Origin: Neoechinorhynchus agilis
Lineage: Eukaryota; Animalia; Acanthocephala
Direction: 5' to 3'
DNA: 10,197 nucleotides
Assembly: GCA_051530055.1 (NCBI GenBank)
Contig: JBMGUZ010000081.1
Location: 1-10,197 of the forward strand
Shown: positions 1-8,575 of the stretch, piece by piece
How positions within the stretch are numbered: the stretch's first letter is position 1
Layout of the letters: every line of letters starts with the position of its first letter
The notes under the pieces: generated by a model
Seen by the model: the letters and a program-made list of their open reading frames with translations, nothing else
Database searches by the model: none
What the model was told of the DNA's origin: nothing
Program-made: the position numbers and the translations under genes

Positions 1-20
1 TATTGCCATAAAATTCGGAT

Positions 21-119
21 ACGACGATGCTCGAAACCTCCATTTAACACTTTAGGGCATCGAATGCGAATTTTGATGGTAGCAATAATATTTTCCTGAG
101 CTTTTTATTGCTCATCCAT
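21..119. repeat. Dispersed duplicate of 8459-8574 (non-TE-looking flank sequence)
   Basis: 21-96 aligns to 8459-8534 at 72/76 identity. After an indel, 100-119 (gctttttattgctcatccat) is identical to 8555-8574. Confidence 0.9.
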
Positions 120-720
120 CCTTTCATTCTTCGAACAAGAAGTCTCTATCGATTTCTAATAAAATGCTGTCCAAAGATCGTAGAAACAGATTTTCAAGCT
201 TTCGTGTTTCGCTATGAAATATTCCAATATGTCTAAAAAGCGGGGTTGTAGTTATTTTTCCTGAAAGAAGACCATTGGCTTGAAATGACTTGAAGAATAT
301 CGTTAATGCTTTTTATTGCCTCGAAAAAGCATAGGCGTTGTATACTAAGTAGAATTTGCGATGGAAACTCTTGACTCGATTTCAATGAAGTTAATTTTTG
401 AATACACGATTTGTTTTAATGACTTTTATATCTATCTCACTTTGATTTTTAGCAAAGATTCAAATATACTTGTATTGAAAGGTAAAAATTAATTATAATT
501 TTAGCCTTTTAAGCTCTGTTGGATTCATCGCAACTTTCAAAGTAAGGTGTTTATTGACGAGATCATAGATAGCGAAGAGCGTAAGAAGTTTTTCTCCGTG
601 AGTTAAGGTAAGGCTCACTTTTCAAAGAACATCAAAAGAGTATCGATTTTCGCTAACGAACTCTCACTGCGAAAAACAGCTTTCTAACCTTCACTTCTAT
701 CTCGAAACAATTTACAGTAA

Positions 721-787
721 GTTGCGGCCTCAGGCCAAAGCCCAATGACGAGTACAGTGTCCGCTCGGACACTTCAGAGGGCAACGA
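721..787. other. GC-rich structured island of unknown function
   Basis: Hairpin agtgtccg-ct-cggacact, small hairpin ggcc-tca-ggcc, and alternative closing stems gccc/gggc or gttgc/gcaac, all in AT-rich context. Confidence 0.35.
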
Positions 788-1551
788 AAAAAATTAAAGA
801 AAAGTTTTGTATCCATCGATGAAGATTTCTGTTTGTTTCAATTCCACAATTCGGGATTAAAATGGACATTGAAGGTGTCAATGTGACCGCGAAGCATCGA
901 CATCCTGAAGGAAATGAATTCATATTTCCAAAAACCAATTCTAGCATTTACGCAAAAGGTTTTATAACTTTAGCTTTTCGCCAGAAAGATTACATTAACG
1001 TTTCATTTGACTTTGTTTCTTCAACTGTTAAAAAAATACATTATCTTAACCGGTCGAACACTTTCGAGTGTACCAATGAACAAAAATTTATGCCAATTTG
1101 ATCGCATTATTAATAAAACGCGTTATGTTCCTTCTACAAATCGAAACCAAATCAATAACAAATCATTAATTTTGTATTTTTTCATGTCGACCAGAAAATA
1201 ATGTTAAAACAATGAATTAAACTCGTTAAGACGACTAAGTGACGGAATCAATGGATATGGACGAAGACATGGGTGGATTTTCATTCATGGAGTGAGCCAT
1301 GAACACCTCGGGAACATACAACGAAAACCTCAACATCGTGCGAATTCAAGGGATTCACAGTACCTCGATACCAAGTTAAAAAATGACCATTTTGGATCTC
1401 AATAACGACGAACCCCGTTCAACCCAGGGAATCCCTTAACAAGGCTTACGCAGCGCCGTAGCTCAAATCACTCAAAGACGATTACAATCATATTAAGTCA
1501 TTTTCGCTTAATGGTTTAGTTTTGAAAATTCACTTCATCTCCGATTTATTT

Positions 1552-1836
1552 AAGAAACAAAGGATATACCCCTGCAGTCCTCCCCCTTTGTCGAGCAGCA
1601 TTTCTTGGGATCATTGTTGAATGCGCCGTTTGCCAGATTTGAGGTGCTGAGCCACCATTCATTATCGGTATGATTTTTCTGGCAATAGATTCAAACCTCA
1701 GTACCTCTGCCATTATCCCATCTGGGCCTGATTCACGTCCCGCACGCATCATTTTCGCCGCAGCGATCGCTTCCTTCACGGAAATCGGTCCAGTGAAGTA
1801 TGCCTCAGTGCTTGGGACGATTGTGCCTTTTGGAAG
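1552..1836 (-). pseudogene. RT domain 0-1 fragment of the same LINE
   Basis: ISVKEAIAAAKMMRAGRESGPDGIMAEVL...PQIWQTAHSTMIPR, then a frameshifted CRGISFVS matching the YRGISLLS motif typical of RTE-clade RTs. Confidence 0.8.
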
Positions 1837-2196
1837 CGCCTCATCATCCGACGAGGAGGTCGGTGAATATACGCCAAAAGCATAGAGATTTCTCGACCGA
1901 TGCTTTATGCTGACACGAAGGATTCGGTCAGTTATAATATTGCATAGTGCTGAGTGTCGGAGACGGGGTGATAAACAAACGCCTACACCTCCATTTCCTC
2001 GACTGTCCGCAGATAGGTAAGATAATGACCAGCCTCCTCCTAAATCCTCCTGATTTACGTCTCAGTCTGATTGCCCTCTTATGCGCAATTCTTGTGAAAA
2101 CACAAGATCCATTCTGGCGTCCCTTGCCAATTTGGCCAGGGTTCACCTACGCCATTGCGCTAGCAGACTCCTACAATTCAAGGATCTGATTCGTAG
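1837..2196 (-). pseudogene. Apurinic-like endonuclease (APE) N-terminal half of the LINE
   Basis: My translation: LRIRSLNCRSLLAQWRR*TLAKLARDARMDLVFSQELRIRGQSD*...LSYLSADSRGNGGVGVCLS...DRILRVSI...FGVYSPTSSSDDEA. It contains the APE motifs SxN, QE, GGVG and YSPT. Two in-frame stops. Confidence 0.8.
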
Positions 2197-2618
2197 TCCT
2201 CTTCTGTTTGAAATAGCTGGGTCAAAGGGCTCACGGCTGTCAGCGCCACCTGAACAGTCCGTACCCACCACGGTGATGAGCTTCGACTGACGCTTTCGTT
2301 GCCTCCAGCGACAGTTTCGCCCATTTCGACGCTCAAGTCGTCGGCGAGAGCTACGACGCCCTCGCTTTTTCCCGTTGCACTGGTGGATTTTGTTGCTCCC
2401 GTTCGCTGTCGCATCACCAATGGAGCGGCACACCGACCCCCGCGTTGACAGGCTACTATCAGTAGCTGTCTGGCCGCCGGAGCTGCTTCTTTTACGTGAC
2501 CGACAAGAATCAGTAACATCAAGTCCGATCATCGTGAAAGAGGCTCGTAGAGTTCTCGGCGAACATCCTAAGCTTAAAATGTCCGATATGTGAATGCCGG
2601 GAATGTGATTGGCCGTCT

Positions 2619-2673
2619 GTACTAACAAACTGATGATGAACCCGACGAGCTTCGAAACGTCTTTAATAAATAC
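2619..2673 (+). ncRNA. Minimal type-I hammerhead ribozyme motif (PLE-type), orphan
   Basis: CTGATGA core 2630-2636, extra T, stem II GAA(2638-40)/TTC(2651-53), GAAA 2654-57, palindromic stem III ACGT 2657-60, cleavage after C2661. Stem I is aaa/ttt plus distal gta/tac. AATAAA at 2665-2670. Confidence 0.7.
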
Positions 2674-3181
2674 TCATTTACCGGGTGTAGACTCCTAACT
2701 ATAGTTAGGCAAATTAATTGCTTCGATGAAACCCCGCGTGCTCTTTCCCTTTACGGGAGGAATTAAATTCTGGTCAGCATTACACTGGCCTTGTAGAGCT
2801 CGTTTCCAACTGAACAAGGATAGAGGTAGGATCAAATCACTCCTTCCCAACTCTTCTCAATGGTATCGCGTTGTCTCTAAGAAAAAATTCGTACCTTCGC
2901 AGCAAGCAGCCACATCGTGGATTAAAACCTCGGGCCTCAACAACGTGGTCAAAACTCTTTGTGACTTTCATTCTGAAGAATGCTTACCAGCATTATATGC
3001 AGTTTCCTTGCCTGTCAAACCAAGACGCCATGATCTTTAAGCCTCTGATATTGTTCAATGGTGGAGATCAAGGGATAAGATTTTCGATAACGGCTCATCA
3101 ATATGTTTGAAAGCCACGAATGTACTCGACAAGGCCAACGTACCTGAGAAGACCAACGCTGCCGAGCTCAAACGCGTCTCT

Positions 3182-4130
3182 ATTGGCGTGTGTCCGGTTT
3201 GCGATAAGTCTTTAAATTAACAAAGTTTAGGTTTTGTTTGCCAACGGTCCCAGGGATCTCCGCTGTAGCGGGTCTGGTTCTCCACCACAATCCCTGGGAC
3301 CTCTCAGATCACCACTGACTCTATTTCGATACCTGATATAGTGCGGGTTCTGCTCAGGAACGTCCTGAAACGGATCCCAAGGGGCGCAAGACATCAGGTC
3401 GCCAAAACATTCACGGGATTCATTAACGATTGCCTCCAAAATAACTGTGCGCCATCATTGACATGGCTCTTCGCATTCCCGCGCTTAGTCTTTTGTACCA
3501 GTGATGATTCTGAAGTGTCGTTGACTCCTTCGAACAGATATTTCACAATTTCGAAATGAAATTTCGCGAGGTTAGTAAGGGACCCACGAAGGAAGGGTTT
3601 CTTTGCCGTTTTGAGGGATTTTCAGAACGCCCTTTACTCTTTCAATAGAGAATGTATGTTCTGTACAATTAGGGATCACGTACCAGAAGCCTTCCAGTAT
3701 TTTCTCAATGCCTACGGGACCGCGACTCCTTTGCTTTTTGAAGACCACCTCATTTGGTCCGAAAGAGGAGTGCAGCATGGAGATCCTCCCGGTCCAATCG
3801 CATTCTCCCAACAGTAAATCCAATAGCGCACTCTCTCCATTCCAGCTCCAGCGCTTGGTATTTGGATGCGGCTACGCTCGGAGGTGATTCCTCCGTTGTA
3901 CTGTGCGATTTGGAGACGCCGATTAGGGAGACCTCGAGAATGGACATAGAGCTCAGACTCCAGAGCAACTCAGCCTCTTGGGTAGTTGCGTATTTGATTC
4001 AAATGTGGAAGCTGAGATCGGCCGCATCATACCGAAACTTTCGTTGCTGTGTGATAGGGTCAGCGCTCTCTCGGCTCACGAAGCATTATTTCTGATAAAG
4101 AACGCACTCTTTACCCCGAAATAGGCCTTC
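3182..4130 (+). mobile_element. CRE-like (REL-type) non-LTR retrotransposon, left part, decayed
   Basis: N-terminal Zn-finger CPVC...GPRDLRCSGSG (frameshifted); VLKRIPRGAR; RDFQNA; WSERGVQHGDPPGPIAFS (3767-3787); WYLDAATLGG (YLDD to YLDA, 3859-3870); LLGSCV...AHEALFLIKNALFTPK. Several frameshifts and apparent internal deletions near 3550 and 3955. The true 5' start may lie further left. Confidence 0.85.
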
Positions 4131-5384
4131 GATCACGATCTTATTGGATTAACTATACTTTTTAATTCCATATTGCAAATAGGACATCCTCCAAAAGCTT
4201 GGCTGGAGAACAAAACAATTCTCCTACCAAAGAACAATTCGAGCTCTCGATCATATACGGATCCAAAATCTGTGCGGCCGATCACAATATCGTCGATTTT
4301 ACTACGAATTTTCCACCGTATAATACTCGCAAGATTACGAACAGCATGCCCTGTGTCTGGACATCAAACAGCGTTTGACAGTACATCATGCTTATCAAAC
4401 ATCCTTATATTAAGGAGTCTTATGAAGCAAAAGCGTTACGAAAAGAAACCGCTCCATATAGCGGTACTAGACATTACGTCCGCATTTGACACGGTAAGTC
4501 ATGAAACTGTGTCCAGAACATTACGAGAGCGCGACTGCCCTCCTTATTTACGGCGATATCTTATGGAGGTGTTAATGTCTTCGCACACCCGGCTACATCT
4601 ACCTAACTCGAAACCGTCGGACCCTATTTATTTTCGCCGAGGCGTTAAGCAAGGTGATCCTCTGTCGCCATTTATTTTTGCATTATGCATTGATGATGCG
4701 CTTCAGCAGGTGGACAGGTTAGGTCTGGGTAGCTTAATAAGATCTCGTCGTCTAAGTCAGCTTGTATATGCAGACGATATTCTCTTGCTTTCAGATCAGA
4801 AAAAAGACTTACAATCCATGATTGATCGGCTATCATCTCTTTTAAAGGAAAAGGATTTACATTTTTCGCCACACAAATGTAGGACTTACTCCCAATCGTA
4901 CATTAACGGCAACAAAATAATTGCACACGACCCTCAATTCGAAATCGATGGAATGAAGCTGAACACAATATTAAACGGTGATCCAGTGCAGTATCTCGGA
5001 GGCACTCCTTGGATGCCTACAACAATTGACTCCATCAAGAATGATATTACTCATTTATTCTTAAAAACCAAGGAAGCAGGCCTAAGACCAACACAAGCAG
5101 CGCATCTAATTAACGACTACGGACTGCCCCAAATTATAGCAAAACTTCAGGCAGCTCATGACATTTCCGTATCAAACATTGATACAGTCGAACAATTCTG
5201 GCGGACCAAGCTGAGGAAACTTTTATTTTTACCTCACTTTCTGAACGATGGTGCAATATTCCTGCCCCTGAACAAAGGTGGTCTAGGATACAAATCTATT
5301 AAACAATCAGTCATGGATATGCGACTAAAAGTATACAAACGCAAAGAAACGTTGCTCCGAACTCGAAATTTTATCGGAATATAA
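4131..5384 (+). CDS. Reverse transcriptase domain of the R2-like element (5'-truncated; frameshifts near its end)
   Basis: PKAWLENKTILLPK, RPITISSILLRIFHRI, LDITSAFDTVSH, RGVKQGDPLSPFIF, intact YADD (4767-4778), KC, YLG, LPLNKGGLG. The frame is open from 4125, upstream of the track start at 4173. Confidence 0.85.
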   Translation, partial: DHDLIGLTILFNSILQIGHPPKAWLENKTILLPKNNSSSRSYTDPKSVRPITISSILLRIFHRIILARLRTACPVSGHQTAFDSTSCLSNILILRSLMKQKRYEKKPLHIAVLDITSAFDTVSHETVSRTLRERDCPPYLRRYLMEVLMSSHTRLHLPNSKPSDPIYFRRGVKQGDPLSPFIFALCIDDALQQVDRLGLGSLIRSRRLSQLVYADDILLLSDQKKDLQSMIDRLSSLLKEKDLHFSPHKCRTYSQSYINGNKIIAHDPQFEIDGMKLNTILNGDPVQYLGGTPWMPTTIDSIKNDITHLFLKTKEAGLRPTQAAHLINDYGLPQIIAKLQAAHDISVSNIDTVEQFWRTKLRKLLFLPHFLNDGAIFLPLNKGGLGYKSIKQSVMDMRLKVYKRKETLLRTRNFIGI

Positions 5385-6231
5385 AAAAACTGTCCAAAAA
5401 TATTTCGAAGGACTTGGTTCGACTGAAGAAATTATTGATACCGCGCGCGCTAAGGCACTGCATATTTCGAGTAACATCAATAAGTGGACGAAAGCGAAGA
5501 CGCAATCGCAAGGAATTGAATCGTTCACAAATGGAAACTTCGAACGAAAATCTTTATCATTCCGATACAGACAAGACAGCCACAAACATTACAAGGAATT
5601 GGTAAAGATGCGATTCCAATTGCTCGAAGTAGGCGCGAATTTGGCAACAATAGACCACGACAGGACGAGGAAATGTCGACATTGTTCAGCCGAAGCTGAA
5701 ACACAAATGCATGTGCTAAACAGCTGCCCCTACAGTACGGGCATGATGATAGAGCGCCATGATGCCGTACAAAATCGATTCATATGGGCTCTAAACAAGA
5801 GATGGGGTTCTCGGTATGAAGTACTAACCGAGAATCGTATCCACGATCCTGGAGGGCAGCTGTACAAACCGGATGCTATATTGGTCGATAGAAACGCGAA
5901 AAAAGCAATCATAACTGACTTTGCCGTATACTATGAAACTACAAATGAACGGGCAGAGGAAATTATGAATGCGAAGGAGGACAAATATAAGGCCATTAAA
6001 GAAGAGGTAGCCATAAAGCTGGGATTTGCTCCTCACCGCGTATCGACAATGGGCCTCGCCGTCGGCTCAAGAGGCACATATTCAAATGGAATAACAAGGC
6101 GGCTCAATATCATTGGTCTATCCTCAGGCACCGCACTAAACATGGCTTCAACGGCAGCGGAAAAAAGCCTCAAGACATTCCACGTCTTCATGAGCAGAAG
6201 CCGAAGGACGAATCATCTTTATACAACTTAA
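5329..6231 (+). CDS. C-terminal region of the R2-like ORF: CCHC zinc knuckle + restriction-like endonuclease
   Basis: The frame of track ORF 5599..6231 is open from 5329: KWTKAKTQSQG, CRHC(5674)...HVLNSC, ERHDAV, KPD (5866-5874), DFAVYYE, KEDKY, GSRG. It joins the RT frame by a +1 shift somewhere in 5329-5384. Confidence 0.85.
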   Translation, partial: KYTNAKKRCSELEILSEYKKTVQKYFEGLGSTEEIIDTARAKALHISSNINKWTKAKTQSQGIESFTNGNFERKSLSFRYRQDSHKHYKELVKMRFQLLEVGANLATIDHDRTRKCRHCSAEAETQMHVLNSCPYSTGMMIERHDAVQNRFIWALNKRWGSRYEVLTENRIHDPGGQLYKPDAILVDRNAKKAIITDFAVYYETTNERAEEIMNAKEDKYKAIKEEVAIKLGFAPHRVSTMGLAVGSRGTYSNGITRRLNIIGLSSGTALNMASTAAEKSLKTFHVFMSRSRRTNHLYTT

Positions 6232-6239
6232 AGAAAAAG

Positions 6240-6949
6240 AGGAAAGCAACATTCTTCAAGCATAAGGAAGGATTGGCTGAGCTCGACGACAAGGTGAGGG
6301 CTTGTCTCGAGCGTATTTTAAATGTACAGCTCTCAGATGAGGCGTGGCGACAATCTTCATTGTCTGTGTCATCTAAGGGAATGGGCATTCGGGCGCCAGT
6401 AGACCTTGCCTTGCCATCCTTTCTTGGATCGTTTGAGGGGAGTCAACCAATAGCGAAGAAAATTCTGAGGGAAAAGTTTTGTCTTGGCCAAGAATTTGTG
6501 GTGGCAGTTGAGGAATGGTACCAGCATGCAGGCGCTAACCATGTTCCCGTGAATGGCCTCAGACAGTTGATCTGGGAAAGGCCCTTCGCCGCGAGAACTC
6601 ACAGCTCTCTACTTTCAGGTTTTCGCGATCGGGTCGTCCGAGCTAGATTGTCGGCAATTTCGACACGAAAATCGGGGCGTGGTTGGAGGCTGTACCTCTG
6701 GCATCCTTGGGAACTCTTCTCACTGATGAGGTAACGAGGATCGCAGTTTCCTTAAGACTTGGTCTCCCGATAAGCACGCACCATCGCTGTCGATGTGAGT
6801 CTTTGGTTGATGATTTTGGGCGATACGGTTTCGTTTGCCAAAAGTCAGGAGGAATGTTCTCACGCCATTCTGAGATCAATAGCGTAATTTCTTGGGGTTG
6901 AGAACGGCGAACTTCCCCAACATCTTGGAACCCACCAATCTTTGTCGAC
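6240..6949 (+). mobile_element. CRE-like element, right part (thumb, CCHC knuckle, start of REL), 3'-truncated
   Basis: RKATFF...LDDKVRACLERILNVQLSDEAWRQSSLSVSSKGMGIRAPVDLALPSFLGS; frameshift; EAVPLASLGTLLTDEVTRIAVSLRLGLPI..HRCRC..VDDFGRYGFVC..SGGMFSRHSEIN; frameshift; LEPTNLCR. It stops before the expected DGKRPDG. Confidence 0.85.
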
Positions 6950-7499
6950 ATCTCTTTCTAGATTTTCATTTGCAAGACATTTGTAAAATTCTGCTTTTTA
7001 AAATTTACTTAAGGTCATGATGCCTTGCGATTCACTGATTATTGATAATCTCATACGAGAATTTGTTAATTTGGAGGGTCTCTGTTTCCTTAGATGTGAA
7101 AAGGTGACCAAGTTATCATTGGCGGCCTTGGAGATAATATTATTCATTTCAGTTAATTTTATACAGATTAGATTTTATTTGATGGTTTGAAATTAATGAT
7201 ATTCTTGTCATAGAAAACCACTTTAGTCTTTAGATCGAACTGTCCAAATTCAAATAAAATAAGATCGTGTCCCATGGATTTCTGATCTAGAATTTGAGCC
7301 CTCACTCTCACTGTCGATCGACCAAGCGGGTTAATGCATCTTGAAGGTACTGAGCAGCGAAACCAACTGAATTGGAAATCACATTCTTTAGGTAAAGCAT
7401 TACGAAACTGTTCACAAATACGTCCATCTTCCCAATGTAGACGACTCGAATCTGTTCTTGTGCGCACTGAACACATTTAGTCTAATAGTTGGCATTACT

Positions 7500-7666
7500 C
7501 CAGAAAGTGCCATCCAAGTTAATCTTAATGTTGACATCTAGGAATGGTAAGGCAACCCATTATTCTTGTTCGTGTGTCCATTGTATGTGCTTGTTCATCC
7601 CAATAAGTTCTTTGTTCAGTTGGGGACCGTGCTCCCCATTAAACAAGGTGCCCCACATCAGGTCGT
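7500..7666 (-). pseudogene. Inverted PLE RT segment (from the DD motif to the RT7 region)
   Basis: Minus-strand frame not in the ORF track: (.)DLMWGTLFNGEHGPQLNKELIGMNKHIQWTHEQE*WVALPFLDVNIKINLDGTF. This matches the PLE pattern N..H..I.FT.E.E...LPFLDV. Confidence 0.8.
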
Positions 7667-7667
7667 T

Positions 7668-8368
7668 CCTTGGATCTCTGCCCAACCACAAAAATACAAG
7701 ATATCAAGGATTCGATCGCTATTTATCAGGGCATATCGATACTGCTCAGACGATGGTACCCCTCAAGAACGAACCGGATCGACTATGGAATATCTTCAGA
7801 AAAGGTGGGTACCCAAAGAAATACATCGCAAGAGCGAGGAAGGATGCAAGGCTAATTAAAACAAGGGAATCAATGGCAACTGAGGAAAAAAGATACATTG
7901 TAGTCCCATGCATAAATGGGGATTGGAATTCAAAGATGGAATCTCTAATCAAACGACTTGACACAAAAAAGGAATGCAAATTATATTGGACAAAAAAGGG
8001 CGTACACAAAACAGTCTCTTAGGACCCGAAAAAGAGGAAATGATCAATTCCCACACCTAGACTGCGATCAATCTTATATCGGACAAACATATAATATCAA
8101 GAGACGATTGACGAAACATCGAAAAGCAGTCAGCAAAATTACGAATACGAACTCGACAATAGTTCATCACATCATAGATAATGGACATAGGATCAATTTT
8201 GAGAGGGCTGAAATCCTTGCGAGGAACGGAAACCGTAGGGACAGGACTGCGATGGAGGCCACTTTTATTCAACAATTAAACACATCCACGCATAATAAGG
8301 CCGATTACACCCTCAACCTACGGGTACCGCCCGATATATTCACGAGGGGGCAAAAGATTCAACAGTGA
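7668..8368 (+). pseudogene. PLE thumb + linker + GIY-YIG endonuclease, frameshifted
   Basis: PWISAQPQKYKISRIRSLFIRAYRYCS; shift at the C-run 7759-7762; LKNEPDRLWNIFRKGGYP...YIVVP; stops, then shift near 8056; LDCDQSYIGQT (YIGQT 8075-8089)...RRLTKH...HHIIDNGHRINF...MEATFI. Confidence 0.85.
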
Positions 8369-8377
8369 CCGTGTGAA

Positions 8378-8438
8378 TGTATTTTAGATTCTGAAGAAGG
8401 CCAGCGAGCAGGCCGAAAATTCAAGTTGATAAAATACA
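8378..8438 (+). ncRNA. Minimal type-I hammerhead ribozyme at the PLE-1 3' end
   Basis: CTGAAGA 8391-8397, extra A, stem II GGCC/GGCC with loop AGCGAGCA, GAAA 8415-18, palindromic stem III AATT 8418-21, cleavage after C8422. Stem I is tt/aa plus tgtatttta(8378-86)/taaaataca(8430-38) around an internal loop. Confidence 0.85.
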
Positions 8439-8458
8439 ATCTTTCATTGCCAAGTCCT

Positions 8459-8574
8459 ACAACGATGCTCGAAACCTCCATTCAACACCTTAGGGCATCG
8501 AATGCGAATTTTGATGTTAGCAATAATATTTTCCAGATATTATTTTTGGAAAAAGCTTTTTATTGCTCATCCAT
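8459..8574. repeat. Duplicate of 21-119; spacer between PLE-1 and PLE-2
   Basis: Direct alignment to 21-119 (72/76 identity, then 20/20 after an indel). Confidence 0.9.
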
Positions 8575-8575
8575 T

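Larger units (their letters stand above)
1552..2520 (-). mobile_element. Degenerate APE-type non-LTR retrotransposon (RTE-like LINE), internally deleted and 3'-truncated
   Basis: Track ORFs 2143..2628(-) and 1546..1779(-) are in the same frame. That frame reads an Arg-rich N-terminal region, then an AP endonuclease, then RT domain 0/1, with in-frame TGA at 2143-2145 and 2062-2064. The 5' boundary is approximate. Confidence 0.8.
4131..6231 (+). mobile_element. 5'-truncated R2-superfamily (R2/NeSL-like) RT + REL endonuclease element nested in the CRE-like element
   Basis: RT core, CCHC knuckle and PD-(D/E)xK nuclease over ~700 codons with one frameshift. CRE-like coding sequence flanks it on both sides. 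Confidence 0.9.
7500..8438 (+). mobile_element. PLE-1: 5'-truncated Penelope-like element with inverted 5' segment
   Basis: Late RT motifs on the minus strand (7500-7666), thumb, linker and GIY-YIG on the plus strand (7668-8368), and a terminal HHR. Confidence 0.85.

Noticed and set aside
255-292. ctgaaagaagaccattggcttgaaatgac as a degenerate hammerhead
   Set aside because: The core is not CTGANGA, stem II is imperfect, and there is no palindromic stem III or stem I.
308-330. gcttttt/aaaaagc hairpin and the 12-mer gctttttattgc shared with 100-111
   Set aside because: Short and low-complexity; expected by chance.
862-1500. Short ORFs 862..1101 and 1007..1201 and a stop-interrupted frame at 1250-1500
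   Set aside because: No recognisable motifs; compatible with chance in AT-rich DNA.
2385-2500. Possible HDV-like ribozyme in the RTE-like 5' region (minus strand: gacagctact-gat-agtagcctgtc hairpin, gcgaacgggagc tail)
   Set aside because: Could not place P3, L3 (TCC) and P1.1 (GG) in the required order. It also lies within the open N-terminal frame.
2062-4124. Alternative genetic code suggested by in-frame stops
   Set aside because: The stops are mixed (TGA, TAA, TAG) and accompany frameshifts, while the long ORFs use TGG for Trp and have none. This is decay.
4100-4145. rRNA, U2 snRNA or spliced-leader target at the R2-like insertion site
   Set aside because: No recognisable match to those sequences. 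The flanks are CRE-like coding sequence.
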